Shown here one piece after another: positions 24,078-37,259 of a stretch of 64,000 bases of DNA. Below the pieces are notes generated by a model that searched no databases, had not been told where the DNA came from, and was given only the letters and a program-made list of their open reading frames with translations. This DNA comes from Takakia lepidozioides (taxonomy: Eukaryota > Plantae > Bryophyta): NCBI GenBank assembly GCA_030704615.1, contig CM060732.1, positions 70,990,001 through 71,054,000 of the forward strand, in the 5' to 3' direction. The number at the start of each line of letters is the position of its first letter. Positions within the stretch are counted from its first letter, which is position 1. A program made the translations under genes and the position numbers.

Positions 24078-27000
24078 TTACTGATTTCGATTAGCAAACC
24101 TTTGTGAGTGAGCACCTTTTTGACGTTGAGAGTTTCGTGGCGGACTGTGTGTACGAGCCCGAGGTCTGTCTCTGGTTGACGGAGATGGTTGATCACTACC
24201 TGGATAAGTGAGGCCCTCTGGAGGCTGATATCGAGGTAACCTTCCGGCATAGGAGACCCCGTCGCTTCTTCTCTGCCATCTGAATGCATAGTCTTCTCCC
24301 ATGTCAAAAGAATTCGGTGAAGAAGAAACAGTTGTATCAGAATCCTCATCGCCTCTCAGGTGTTTTAATTTTCGAACTTTTTGTGGAATCATCTGGGGCA
24401 TACAATGCTGTCCTACCATGTCTGGAAGTTTGTATTTTACAACTTGGTGTAACCGCTGAACAGCAAAATTGGTGTAGACACTGAGCTCCTTGTCTGTCCA
24501 GGTGAGTGGTGGGTACCAATTACTGGTGCAGCGTGCAAGTATTTCCATGCCACATGTCCCTTATAGAAAATGTCATCAATGCCGAATTTTGTGTTGACAA
24601 ATGGTTCCAGGCCGCTTGAAACCATGAACGAAATTGAGAATCCTTTTGCATCATAACTTTTGGGTCATATAGGTACATATGAGGTGGCACCGAAGGTAAT
24701 ACCCAATGATCTCCACTGGAATAACTCAGAAAGCGTGTTTGCATCTTTTGTTGCTCAATGTGGTAACGTACCAGAAAACAAGCAGCGTAGTATAAACCCG
24801 CACCCATGACAATACTTGCTACCTCCTTGGTCTTGGTATAAATGAGTCCATGTACAACCTGGAAAGCAATCAATTCCCTCAACATGGTACCTGCCTCGTG
24901 CCAGTATTGTGCAAAGTGATGATCTTCAATATGTCGATTGTTCGGAAGAACTTTAGTCCTAGTTGCCACTGGCAGCCAAATACGCATGATTTGGTAGTAA
25001 TGTGCGAATGACTGCGGAGGACTAAATTCTTTCCAAGCCAAATCCAACATGATGGGAATTTGGTTGAAGGGCATAATCATAGCCCTACTGTACTCCCTTG
25101 CAGCTGGAGTTTTAGGTGGGTTAAAAGCGGCATTGCCCCATACCTCCGGCTGTGGTGGCTGTGGTGTGGTTGTTGTAGTAACCACAGGTTCAGCTACTGG
25201 TACAGTGACTTGTTGTGGTGGTGGTGGTACTGGCTCTTGTATCATTGGCATCTCCTGCACCTCCTGTGAAGACTGAAAAGCCAAAGTTCTGGCTTGTAAA
25301 TAAGAAGCCATTAGCTGTTCCTGAGGGATATAGACTCTTTTGTCGATGTTTGAAGTGAGGTCTTCCACTTGAGTCTGCAGTCCGTCTACATCCTCTTGTA
25401 ACTCTGCTATCCTACTATAGACATTGTCTATAGTAGTTGTGGCAATGTTCTGCACCTGCAGCCTGAGCTCATTCATCTCGCTTTGGGTGAGCTTTCGTGG
25501 TGCTTTGCCCTCTACTGGCCCTTGTGCTAACCAGACCTGCATAAGGCTGTTATCCACCAAGTTGCTTGTGGTTCCCCTGAGAGTTTGCTCCTCTCTTAGC
25601 TTGTACAATTCCAACTGCTGTTGTAAAGCCTCCATGCGCTTCGCCTGAGGTTCAACCAATTGCGCATAAGCAGCAAGTAGATTATTGGCTTCCTTCCAAG
25701 CCTTGTTATTGACCGCGATTTCATTTCTATTGGCCATGATGGTTTGTTGCAACTCCACGATGTGCTTCTCTTGATCAGCTTCAATCTGCCTGTATTGCTT
25801 GAAAGTATCTTCATTGCGACAGATTGTATTCTTCATATCGACAATGAGCTTCATTTGCTCAACATTCTCTTCTTCTGCCTTCGTACATTTTTCCGCTTGA
25901 CTGTTTATTTCTTTTGTAGATTGGTCAAGCATAGTTGTAATGTAGCACATTGTATCGCCATCCTGTCATGCACTGTCTGCAACTCCGTATGTAGTGCATT
26001 CACTTCTTGCAACTTGCTTTCATGCTGCACCTGCATTTGGTATAGCTGTTGCTTATGTGCTTCGTGCAACTGGTCTTGCGCGAGGCCTGCCTCAATCAAT
26101 TGTTCCTTGGCCAATTGCAAAGCCATTTCTGTATTTCCCAAGTCCTGCTTCATCTTGAGAGTGACCTCTTCATCGACCTTGTTTGCACACTCAGTGGCTA
26201 GTCGAGCCTCAAACTCCTTCCTGAGTTCCTCTCTCAAGGCTGTCAATTGGGTAATTGGAACATGGGATTTGACATAAGTCCCCAACAAATTAAGTGTCCT
26301 GCCTATGGAACTCATCAGCATTGCCTGTTGAGGGTCATCATGGTGAGGTTGCTGCTGTTCCTCCTGATCTTCAACAGTGTGATGTCTCACGAACCATTCA
26401 GGCCATTGTCCCACCGGATTTTCTTCCTGAACTACTTCATCTATCACCGGTGCTACAGTGTCATGACCTTCCGCCTGTGGTACCTCCGACACAGGTGTGT
26501 GTATTATATGCACCTCAGGATTTCCCTTGGGCAACTGTTGCACCTCTGGGATCTCTGTCTCCTTGACCAGACCAGAATATTCATAGAGAAGGTCCCCCTT
26601 CTCCATTTCTGCCACTATCTGTTCTGTAGTTGGAATATCTAACCCTTCTCTTTCCAAATCAATTATTTCTGGTTGAGCTGCATGGATAACTTGTGACCTT
26701 GTGACAAGTCGATCAGCTGGCTGTGATGGTTGTGATACAGAAGTAACTTCCTCCTCCCTCTCTGAAGGTCCTGCTTCCAGTAATAGCATTTCTCTGTGCT
26801 GCTGTGCCCCTTCCTGACCATGAGCTTGGGAAACATTATCATGCGGAATCCGTGAAGCCAGTGGATCCGCCACTACAGTCTTTCCCCGTCTCTGCCTCTT
26901 AGTCTCGGGTTGCCCTGCTAGTCCACCCTCACTGTGTGAAGAGCCTTGCTCTTCCATTGCAGTTGTTTCTGGCTCAAACACTCCCATTTCCTTTCTTTCT

Positions 27001-27632
27001 TGCGCATCAAGTATGCCAGAATCAAGGATTATTTGAGCAATGATTGGGCCAGACACTATGATAGGAGACTTTGCGGTAGTACCTTGTAATCTTTTCATCT
27101 CCTCTACCAGTGCGTTGTACATTATGTCCGCCCATTGTACCTCTTGTCCCTTCAGGCCTTTGAGTATTTCCTCCGTGAAGGATCTGCTCAAATACTGTTG
27201 GTTCTGTTTCATGGCAATCAGAACGTTCAATACCTGGCCTACCTCTTTTAGCCCTGGGTACACAGCCTTGGTACAAGCATAACCCTGAGTTTTAAAGAAA
27301 CTCCCTTCTTGGAATAAGTCCCCTATTTGCAGTCTTGCCCTGTGTTCCTCCACATGCACCTGACCTGCTGGCAATCGAAACAATTGCTGGAGGTATAGGG
27401 GAGTAATCATTAATTCAACTCCCTTCACCGTTGTTGTTCCTGTCCTTGGCTCAAAGTTCTGCAAAAATTGTAACATGTACTGTCTATGGTGTAATGTCCA
27501 ATCTAGGCTTTGCAATCCTTGCAATCTCAGCTCCTCCAGTATCTGTATCGCCTGTGGGGTAGCAATCGTTTGTTTCTGCAGAATTGTGGTGCTCTTCACC
27601 CTGATTTCCTCCATTCCTCTCACTCTCTTCAT
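24078..27632 (-). pseudogene. Additional ORF of element C downstream of pol (env-position ORF: plant-transposon-protein-like domain plus long coiled coil), two frameshifts
   Basis: ORFs 25905-28622, 24520-25950 and 24078-24548 overlap head to tail. Likely ATG at 27632. FLQNF..TVKGVELMITPLYLQQLFRLP..VQWADIMYNAL..GPIIAQI resembles Athila-type extra ORFs, followed by Q/E-rich heptads. Confidence 0.65.
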
Positions 27633-28320
27633 TTTAGACTCACAGAACTGTTTTGGCTGTAACAACTGCAGGAATGCCTGTAGTGCACAAAGCATAAACG
27701 TATGGTTGCCGCAGAAAGCTATGGGTAATTTCTTGTAAGCCTGCGGGGCTTGCAAGCATCGCTCAAGAGAAAAGCTCCGCTCTGTCCTTTCGTGTCTATG
27801 CCACTGCGTAAGTAATATTGCGAGCGTATAGTCTGTTAGTTCCTCCATAGTTTCCAAGCTATAGCATTGATGGTCTGTCCCGTCGAGACGCCCGTTACTC
27901 AGAACGACGCCGCCTCTTGCGCTCAATTTCCCTCCATTTTCTTGATCCTTTCTCTGGTTTTCTATTGGCTGTATCCGCTGTGACTGGATTTTAGATTTTA
28001 TTTTCTTTAGTGGACTTTCCCTGTTGGATAGTCCACTAGGATCACACATGTGACAAGAATTCCGCTTTTCTGTACTTGCCGTTCGTTCCGTTTCCCTTTT
28101 TCCGTATTCATTAATGGGCCCGCCTTTCATCCCTTTTGACGGCCGTTCTTGTCCTCTTTCTTTTTGACACCTGTTCTTGCACTTCCTTCTCGGCTGTGTG
28201 TCGCGCCCTGACCTCCACGTGTCTATTTTTAAAGTAATTTCCGTTTTCTCTTCCGTCAGCCATTTTCCTGAAGTTATTATGCGTCCACTTGTCACTGATT
28301 CTATGGATCGTGTAACTTTA

Positions 28321-28622
28321 GTAGGCTGTGTTGAGCTGTGACAGGCTGTGTCATACTGTGTTACGCTGTGATAGGCTGTGATGCACTGTGGTAAGCTGTG
28401 ATAGGCTGTGACACGCTGTGGTAGGTTGTGATAGGCTGTGTTGCGCCGTGCTGGGCTGTGATAGGCTGTGTCACGTTGTGATGGGCTGTGATAGGCTGTG
28501 CTTTGCCTTGATGGGCTGTGATAGGCTGTGCTTTGCCTTGATGGGCTGTGATAGGCTGTGCTTTGCCTTGATGGGCTGTGATAGGCTGTGTTTGCCTTGT
28601 GGGCTGTGATAGGCTGTGTCAC
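28321..28622. repeat. GGCTGTG array (10-bp period, 30-bp higher-order unit) directly after the pol stop of element C
   Basis: ATAGGCTGTG-CTTTGCCTTG-ATGGGCTGTG repeated, with variants. Confidence 0.92.
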
Positions 28623-31600
28623 GTTGTTTTGCCCGCCCTGGTCATATATGCTGGCCTAGCGACAAGTGCTCCATACTCCGTTCGTAACACTGGTGCAGCC
28701 CGTGACTGCTCTTGCGGTTCAACATGCAAATCATGCTGCAAGGGTTTGTCATGGATACCACTGTACCCCTTCAACTTATTTGCATTGACTCTTCCCAGCA
28801 TTTCTTTGTTAATGGTTTGTAACATGGCGGTGTTGTTATCATACATCTTTTGTATGACATAAGGTCCTTTCCATGGTGATTTAAGCTTAGAAGCTTGAAT
28901 CTTTCCTTTCTTCTGCAACCATAGAACCAAATCCCCCGTCTTAAAAGTCTTTAACTTGCCTTCATCAAACTGTTCCTTTCGCTTCATCTGAATTCTGGTC
29001 ATATTATCAGCTGCATCAGCACGTACTTCTTCCACATGGTATAATTCATGTTTCCTGACCTTGATGGAGTCTTGCAATTCCATTCTTTTTCCCCACTCCG
29101 TTCTCATGGTAGGTAACAGGAATTCCACTGGAAGTAAGGCTTCCATACCATAAACTAATTGGAATGGTGTATACTTAGTGGTGACTTTATATGAAGTCCT
29201 GTATGACCACAAAGCTGTCAGCAGCTTTGTATCCCAATCCGTTCTGTTTGCATTGACTATCTTAGCCAAGATAGTACATAGTATTTTGTTGGTAGCCTCT
29301 GCCTGCCCATTACCCTGTGGGTAATATGTTGTACTCTTTCTATGCACAATCATAAACTCTTTAGTCAACAACTCAATGGTCTCATTCATGAAGTGACTTC
29401 CTTGATCACTGATAAATTCTAAGGGACAGCCAAATCGTGTAAGTATGTTCTCGTACAGGAACCTTGCTGTGGACTTGGCTGTGTTGTCCCTCAAAGCTTT
29501 AGCTTCCACCCACTTTGTAGTATAATCAGTGGCTATAATTATGCAAGGCCATCCTTCCAGATCTCTGCAAAGGTCCTAGCCTCTGACATTCATCACACTT
29601 CTGACAATACTCGTGTACATCTTTGAACAAAGTAGGCCACCAGTATCCTGCGAGTAGTATCTTTCTACTGGTAGTCTCTTCTCCAAAATGACCTCCAGCC
29701 ACTCCTTTATGAACTTCCGCCAAAACTTTATTTACTTCATGGTGGTACAAGCATCGTTTTAGTACTCCATCAGGTCCTAACTTATACATTCTGCTTCCTA
29801 CCATAGTATAAGGTAAAGCTTTGATAGCGATTCTCTTCCTCTGCTCCTTACCATAACTAGGTGGGCACTGACCATGAGCAAGGTAGTATCTGATTGGCCA
29901 CTGCCAATCTAACCAGTCATCTGCACTTCCCTGCACCTCCACTGCAAAGAGACTCGCATCTGGTAATTGATCATCTATTCCTGTGGCTGGTTCTCCTGTT
30001 GACAATCGTGACAAATGATCCGCCACAAGATGCAGTCTCCCAGGCTTGTAAACAACCTCGAACTCAAACTCGTGCAAGATTATCAACCATCTTGCTATTC
30101 TTCCGCTTATCAGAGGTTTGTTTACCAGGTATATCAGAGCCTGGTGATCCACATAGAACATAAACTTCTTGCCCAACAGGTAATGCCTGAATTTCTTCAC
30201 TGCATAGATCATTGCCAATGCTTCTCTTTCCGTTGTGCTATAGTTCCTCTCAGCACTGTTCATCAACCGGCTAGCATAGTACACAGGTGAATCTATATTC
30301 CCTGTAACATTCTGGGCTAACACCGCTCCCAACGCTTCTCCTGATGCATCGCAGTGAACATGGAATACTACATGCCAGTGAGGGTTAATCAGCACAGGTG
30401 TAGTTGTTACTGACAGTGTAAGTTCCTCAAATGCCTGTTGACATTCAGCTGTCCAGGCAAACACTGCATCTTTCTTCAGTAGTTTGCTCAATGGTGCTGC
30501 TATTTGTGCATACCTTTTGACAAATCTCCTGTAATAACTGGTTTGCCCAAGGAATCTCCGTAGACTTTTAACATTCACTGGTGGTGGAGAGGCTTTAATG
30601 GACTCTGTCTTTCTGGGATCCACAAGGAGTCCCTTCTTACACACAATGTGTCCCAGAAGCACCCCTGAGTTCACACAGAAAGTACACTTCTCTGGATTCA
30701 GGCCCAGACCTCTCATCCTGCATCTGGCCAAACATAACTCCAATTTATGCAAGTGCTCACTCTTAGAGCTGTACACACTGAAATCATCCAAGAATACCTG
30801 CATGAAATCATCCAGATACTCATGAAAAGATTCACTTATCACTCTCTGAAAGGTCGCTGGTGCATTACAAAGTCCAAAGGGCATGACTTTGTATGCATAA
30901 GCCCCCCAGTCTGTGATGAAAGCTGTTTTCCCTTGGTCTTCTTCTGCCACTTGCACTTGATTATAACCACTGAAGCCATCCATGAATGAGTACATCTCAT
31001 GGCCTGCCACAGTGTCTAATACTGCTTCTGTGAATGGCAAAGGGAAAGGATCTTTCTTCGTACAAGCATTCAGCTTCTTATAGTTCACACATACTCTTAG
31101 TTTGCCATTCTTCTTGGGAACTATAACAATGGGTGACAACCAAGTTGTATACTCTATTGGGTATATAAACTTAGCCTCAGCCAACTTCTTTATCTCTTCT
31201 CCAACCTTCTGTGCGTAGTTGGGATTCATTCTATACCTCGCCTGCTTGATTGGTACTGACCCTGGTTCCAGTTCAATCTTATGCTGACAGACTTCAGGTG
31301 GTATCCCTTTTAGATCCTCATAGCTCCAAGCAAATACATCTCTGTATTTGATGAACAAGCTTTTAGCTTCTTCGAAGAATTCCGGCTCCAAATCAGCTCC
31401 TACTTTCACCATCCTCGGTTCCTCTTTAGTTCCCACATTTACTTCCCTCACCTGCTCATCAGCTGTGATTGTCCAACCAGTCACCACTTCATCCTGTAAG
31501 CTCACAGTGGCTGGTTCTTCTAGGATTTCTATTTCTCCTTCTCTTTCTTCATAGAAATGTGATGGGTAAATGCTGGTTTCCTCTTCAGTTGGTGTTGCTG

Positions 31601-34600
31601 TCACTACACCACAGCAGATACCTCTCAAACAACTTAGGCTTTCCAGCCGCATCTCTGCAACCTGCTCCCACTCTGGGTGTGCAGCAAATAGGGTAGCTTC
31701 CTGCTCCTCATCCAGTCCTCCTTTCCAGTCATACTCTCTGACTCCTCGAGGTCTTCTTGTAGCAGGTAATCTACTAGATTTCTTTGTGGTAATTTGTATC
31801 TCGTGTATCCCATTATGCACGGTTAGTAACTGAGAATTCCAGTCATGGAATACCCTGGCCTGTTTCAGCCACGGACGTCCCAATAATAAGGAGTAAGCCT
31901 CCATGACTTCATCCATTTTTAATACAGTTACTGTGATCATAAAGATCATTTTCTGTATCTGTATCTTAACTCCTCTTATTAATCCCAATGGCTGTACACT
32001 TCTTTGATCTGCCATTGTTACTGTAAATGGGGCTGGTTTCATGTTACTTAGACCAAGCTTCTTCCTTAATTGGTCTGTCATGATATTTACTCCAGAACCA
32101 CCATCTATCAGTACATCAGTTAGTTCTGTGCTTCCAATTCTCAATTGGATTACTGGCATAGAATCATCAAAGTCCATGACTGTTTCTCGCCCTTCCGGCT
32201 TCACATTATAACTGGTCACCTTGCTGTTCAGGTCTGTGTTTCCTGTCTCTTGGGCAATTCGATTGATTGCTTGATACAGCCTGTGCCTACAATAAGGTGC
32301 CACAGCTAATAGCTGTCCAATGGTAATTTCTGCTTTGGTCTGACATATTACTTCAGCCAAAGTCTCTTCATTACTTTGCATGTCTGCATCTTCTTTTTTC
32401 CTTTCTTCCTCACTCCCTTCTTCATCCGAATCAGAGGAATCTGCCACAGGAATATCAGTACTCTTTTGCATTTCCCTTATAGTATCTGCCACTTCCTTGT
32501 GCAGTTCCTTCTCATCTTTCCAAGTCTCTTCATCTTCAGGCATATCATTGCCACTTCCATTCTCATCTTCTTCCTCTTCTACTGGAGGTATTAGTTTGGC
32601 TTTACTTCTTGTTACTATCATTGTACTTACTTCTGGTACAACACATGGCCTAACCATGTGAGCTGCCACCACTGGGCCCTCATTCACAGGAGCTCTCATC
32701 TCATTCTGGTGTCTTATCCAGAATGAACAGGCTGCCTTGCGATGTCCTGGCTGATTACAATAGTAACATAGCTCTTCACCATTGGGTCCTCGCCCTTGGT
32801 CTGTTCTTGGATTATTTCTATAATCCTGATTCCCGGGCTGGTAATTCCCCCTTGGATTACCCTGATAGTTGCCTCTGGAATTTCCTTGGTAATTCCCTCT
32901 TGAATTACCTCTCCCTTCCATGCCATTGTTATAACCACCAGACCTACCATAGTGGTCCTGATCATTGTTTCTTCTTGGCTGGGGCTGCACCTGATGCACC
33001 CTTACTTGCCTAGGTTCTCTTGCAGCTGTCCTTCTGTTGTAGTAACAATTCTCAGTAGAATGGTTATCCATTTTACAGATAGTACAGTGTTTCTCCTTCA
33101 TGTGGCATTCTGTGGTGGTATGGCCTTCATTCTGGCACTTTGCACACCATACACCCTTCCTCCAATGTGTTGCAGCCTCTGTGGCATACTTCTTCAAGAT
33201 TTCTTCCAATTTTTTTTCATAGTTATCCCTCTTCAACTTCTCCTTTCTCTTACTCTTTCTTTTTAGTTCTTGCTCTTCTTCTTCATCTGACTCATCCTCA
33301 GAGTCCTCATCTTCTTTTTCTCTCTCCTGAGCATTCCCAATTGCTCAATTCTGTTCGCAGTTTCAAATGCCTCCTCCACTGTATTATGGGGTAACATATC
33401 CACTTTCTTTTGCAACTCTGGTCTTAGTCCACTCACAAACCAAGTCTTCTGTAAACCGGGTGCTGGTACTGCAGCCAGCTTTTTCATCATCAATTCCATC
33501 TTCTCCATATACTCTTCAACAGTTTCATGCTTCTTCTGCTTCAGCTGTTGTAAACTTCCATACACTTCATCCTCAGTTTTACTTGTCCTGAACCTATTTC
33601 GAAATGCTGTATTCAAGCCATTCCAGGTTAGGAAATGATTATCAGGGAATCTTGCATACCATTCACTTGCTTTCTTGATAAGTGAACAAGGAAACAGTCT
33701 CATCTTGGCATCATCGCCATTCTCATTGTTCACTATACACATGTGCTCAAATTGGCTAATGTGTACATCGGGATCCCCTTTTCCTGAATATATTGGAAAG
33801 GGTGGTTTTGCCCGTGTTGGTTGTAACGCCATCTGTGGCCCTACCTTCTGCCCACTGACAGGTGCTGGCACCCTTGCTGGTGCTGGTCCTTCTGGACCTG
33901 TTGTTTTTGTGGTGGATCTTCCACCAAGTGGTGGCCCTTGAGCACTCCCTGCTTCTGGCCCCACGATATTCACAGTATTCCCAGCTTCAGTTGCACTACT
34001 TCCCACACTCCCTGTCCCCCCAGAGCCAGATCCAGGCAGCCCGCCTGATCCCCCTGAGCCGACACCTTCGTTGGCCTGTGATCCAAGTGCTCCACTTGAT
34101 CCAGGTCCAACGGGTTGGGATGTCCTGGTTGTAGTCTCAACCTCAGCTGTTGGGTCTACTTCTTCATATTCTTCCTCTTCTAATTTCTTCTCTCTGTTTT
34201 CATCCTCCAAGTTCTGCCCTTGGGTTTCTTCTTCACTCATGTAACTCAACTGTAATGGTGTTGGAGAGTCTGAACTCTCCGTTGGCTCTGCCACATCCTC
34301 TTCTCCTTCTTCACCTTCTGCTTCAGAAACTGGAGTTCCTGCTTTTGGTGTTCCATGCCAACTCTTATCAAAGATTTCTGTCAAGTCTTTTATCCAAGGA
34401 TGTACCTCAGATCTTTCACCTCGTGATTGATCTTCTTCCTGTACCAATTCCCTTAATCTTTCTTGCAAAGAAACAGAAGGAGTGGCATCCAACTCTAGTT
34501 CTTCCGGTATAGGTGATGCACTCTTTGATCTTAATGGTGTGAGAGGTCCAGATGATTCCCCTATGTCTATTCCTCTCTCCCAAAGATATGGATAATTAGC

Positions 34601-34663
34601 TTTCAGATAGCTTTCTCTTTTTGCTGAATATCTCTGTCGTCTAGCTTCTCTTTCATCACTCAT
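28619..34663 (-). pseudogene. gag-pol: gag-pol of element C (three CCHC knuckles, PR, RT, RH, INT); frameshift near 33315 and a deletion in INT near 29545
   Basis: YSGKGDPDVHI, CAKCQNEGH, CTICKMDNH, CYYCNQPGH, VLIDGGSGVN, FLDDFSVY, CDAS, ISDQGSHF, GPY. The PLQP..WGLDF segment carrying the first catalytic Asp is missing between RMALH and IATDY. Confidence 0.93.
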
Positions 34664-34684
34664 GTCCCATGTCTTTCATTTCTT

Positions 34685-35380
34685 TTAATGTGGCAATAAC
34701 CAAAACTCTCTTCTGTAATATCTCTCGTATATGCCTGGGTTTCTTTCAAGCTTCAATGCACCCTTGGCTATACTTGAAGTCTCCGTTACCATATAACCAT
34801 ATGGCAAACAAGTCTGAAAAGCTGTTCTTGGTGTGAGTTTGATCCACAAAATATCCTTTGGAATCCAATTCTTTACCAGTACAAGCTCTTCATGCATATG
34901 AGTATAAACATTCACCTTTCTTTCTTCCCAGCCTTCAAACTCTACTCGTTTAATGGATAGCAATGCTATCACATAAACCAATGTTGGTAACCAACGTGCT
35001 CTTCCTCTACAGGCTACCTGATAAATCTTTATCACTCCTTTCTCCAGACCCCATTCTGGATCAGCATCATGCACTCGTTTAAGAATATTTTCTTTACAAC
35101 CGTCTGGCAATTCCAAGAACCTTTGAAAGAATTGTTTGGACAATCTTTCTTCCTTCGTTCCACAGGGAATTTGATTCACTTCAAATTCTTTAATGGTCCA
35201 ACCACCATGATCCCACCAGATGCCTGTCACATCTGGTTGTTCATGTCTCAGGTCCCCAGTATGGTCGCCAAATGTCGCGCGGCTTTTACTCACCCATCCC
35301 TTCGCTATTCGAGGCGGAAACTCCAAGATAGAAGAGTTGGAAATCTCTAAGTACTCAGCCCGCGCAGAACAATCAGTCAT
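34685..35380 (-). CDS. 231-aa ORF of unknown function upstream of gag in element C, starting inside the 5' LTR
   Basis: Open from an ATG in the LTR across the PBS and ends 21 nt before the gag ATG. No motif recognised. Confidence 0.45.
   Translation of the reverse strand: MTDCSARAEYLEISNSSILEFPPRIAKGWVSKSRATFGDHTGDLRHEQPDVTGIWWDHGGWTIKEFEVNQIPCGTKEERLSKQFFQRFLELPDGCKENILKRVHDADPEWGLEKGVIKIYQVACRGRARWLPTLVYVIALLSIKRVEFEGWEERKVNVYTHMHEELVLVKNWIPKDILWIKLTPRTAFQTCLPYGYMVTETSSIAKGALKLERNPGIYERYYRREFWLLPH
35252..35270 (-). promoter_or_regulatory. PBS of element C, tRNA-Arg-like
   Basis: Minus strand TGGCGACCATACTGGGGAC, 2 nt from the LTR; resembles the TGGCGAC...CTGGGGA Arg PBS of Tat/Ogre elements. 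Confidence 0.75.
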
Positions 35381-36279
35381 GACCTACAGCTAGTGTATCA
35401 TGGGGGTGTTTCCTATTTGTTTCCCTTTTGGTATTCATGTTAGCTATCTTACCATTGATAATTAAGTATCAGTTTGCTTTATCAATCTATTGGATTCCAT
35501 CAGCTCATCCATTCATTTCACAGCTTCACTCAGATCTCTCTACACAGTGTGATTGTATCGTAAAAGTATCCGATTATGATTTATCAGGTATCAGGCCGAA
35601 GCCATTGTGTCTCTAATCTGCTCTACAATATCATTACAGCCTTGCATATATCAAGCATCTACTCATCATCTCTCTATCTTCACTTCCGTTCTTCATCTCT
35701 GCCCGATCCCCTCTCCTTCATGACCAAGAAGTCCTTCTCCGAATGATCTCTCTCAATTCCCCGTTTCTTCCCTTTATCTTCCTATCCGTGGTTCTAACCG
35801 TTTCCCTCACTAACCGTCGTCTGTGAACTAACATGTTCCCCACAGTCGTTCCTGTCCTGCTCTCCGTTCCCTATGATCGTGACAGCTGTGTCAAGCTGTG
35901 ATTGGCTGTGTGAAATTGTGACGGGCTGTGACTGGCTGTGCGACTGTGTTTGGCTTTGTCGGGCTGTGACTGGCTGTGTGGCTGTGTTGGCTGTGTCGGG
36001 CTGTGTCGGCTGTGACGACTGTGACGGGCTGTGTCGGCTGTGTCTGCTGTGACGACTGTAACGGGCTGTGTTGGCTGTGTCGGCTGTGATGACTGTGACG
36101 GGCTGTGTTGGCTGTGTCGGCTGTGACTACTGTGACGGGCTGTGTAACCCCCCTCTACAGTGCGCTGCTGTCACCCCTAAGGCTCATGTTGGTCTCAGTG
36201 TTGGTCTCAGTCTGTGCAAAAATTAAGGGTACCCTACAGATCCCGTATAAGTGTCTAAGTCCCCGACAGTCCTCTAACA
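35273..36279 (-). repeat. 5' LTR of element C, with GGCTGTG array at ~35878-36145
   Basis: Matches 22998-24039. Confidence 0.96.
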
Positions 36280-36900
36280 GAATCCTGTCCATGACTCTTT
36301 GAAACTCAGCAGGAGCGTTTTTAAGCCCAAATGGTAAGAACCGCCACTAGTATAGGCAATCCTTCTCGTGCTCATTGATCCCCCATAATGCCGTCTTTTG
36401 CTTATCCGCCTCCTTGATCGGCAACTGGTCATATCCGGATCGTAAATCCAACGTGCTAAAGACCTTGGCATGCCCAATGGCATCAAAGATCTCCTCTGGT
36501 GTCGGCATAGCATACCTATCGGACTTGGTCTGACGATTTATAGGCCGGTAATCACCGCACATACGTCTCTCCGTCCAATTGCCATAGACATCCTTCTTGG
36601 CTGGCATCACTGTGGCTGAAGCATACTCTCCCCCAGATAGCTCCACCAAACCAGCCTCCCAAAGGTCCTGAGTTCTCATCTGAATCAAGGACCTCTCCAT
36701 GTTACTATATCTATAGGGTCTCCAAAAGATTGGCGTGTCAGTAGCCAATTCAATGCGAATCTGTTGACCCTTCAGTGCTCCTAAGTCCTTCAAACTGAAG
36801 GCAAAGCAGTTCCTGTAAGCCCTCAAGAACCGCCGTATACGTCGTCTTTCCCCTTCGGTGACTATAGGTCCAACATCAGGCTCCCAGTTGTTCTCCGTGA
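36280..36900 (-). pseudogene. B2 reverse transcriptase N-terminal part
   Basis: PYRYS..YASATVMPAKKDVYGNWTERRMCGDYRPIN..LDLRSGY..LPFGLKNAPAEFQRVMDRIL. Resumes at 22992 after removing element C. Confidence 0.93.
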
Positions 36901-37259
36901 CTGCAACCTTGAGTCCAGCAGGCTTAGAGGTAGAAGACGCGTCCCGTGGTTGCTATGCTGCAACCTCTTGAGCAGTGACCACTGCCTCCTCTGTTAGTGA
37001 CAATGTCTCATCCTGCCCCATCATCCCATCCTTGAGGACCTCCTCAACCCGAGAAAAATCCCCAACCTGATCCATCACCGCCGCCTTGGCTGCCAACTCC
37101 TTCTGAACCTCGAGCACCTCCCACGTGTGCCATGGATGCGGCCTGCACCTCGTGGTCCTTACTTGCTCGTCCCCACTCACTGCCTGTACCGTCTCGGTAG
37201 GCAGGGAGACCATGAAGGGAAGTGTACTCCGTACTCTGCGCTGCTCAGCCATAGCCAAG

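Larger units (their letters stand above)
22998..36279 (-). mobile_element. Full-length non-chromovirus Ty3/Gypsy element C (Phygy/Athila-like) with extra 5' and 3' ORFs
   Basis: LTRs at 22998-24039 and 35273-36279 (TGTCG...TAACA). TSD GAATC at 22993-22997 and 36280-36284. PPT 24043-24056, PBS 35252-35270. Confidence 0.97.
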
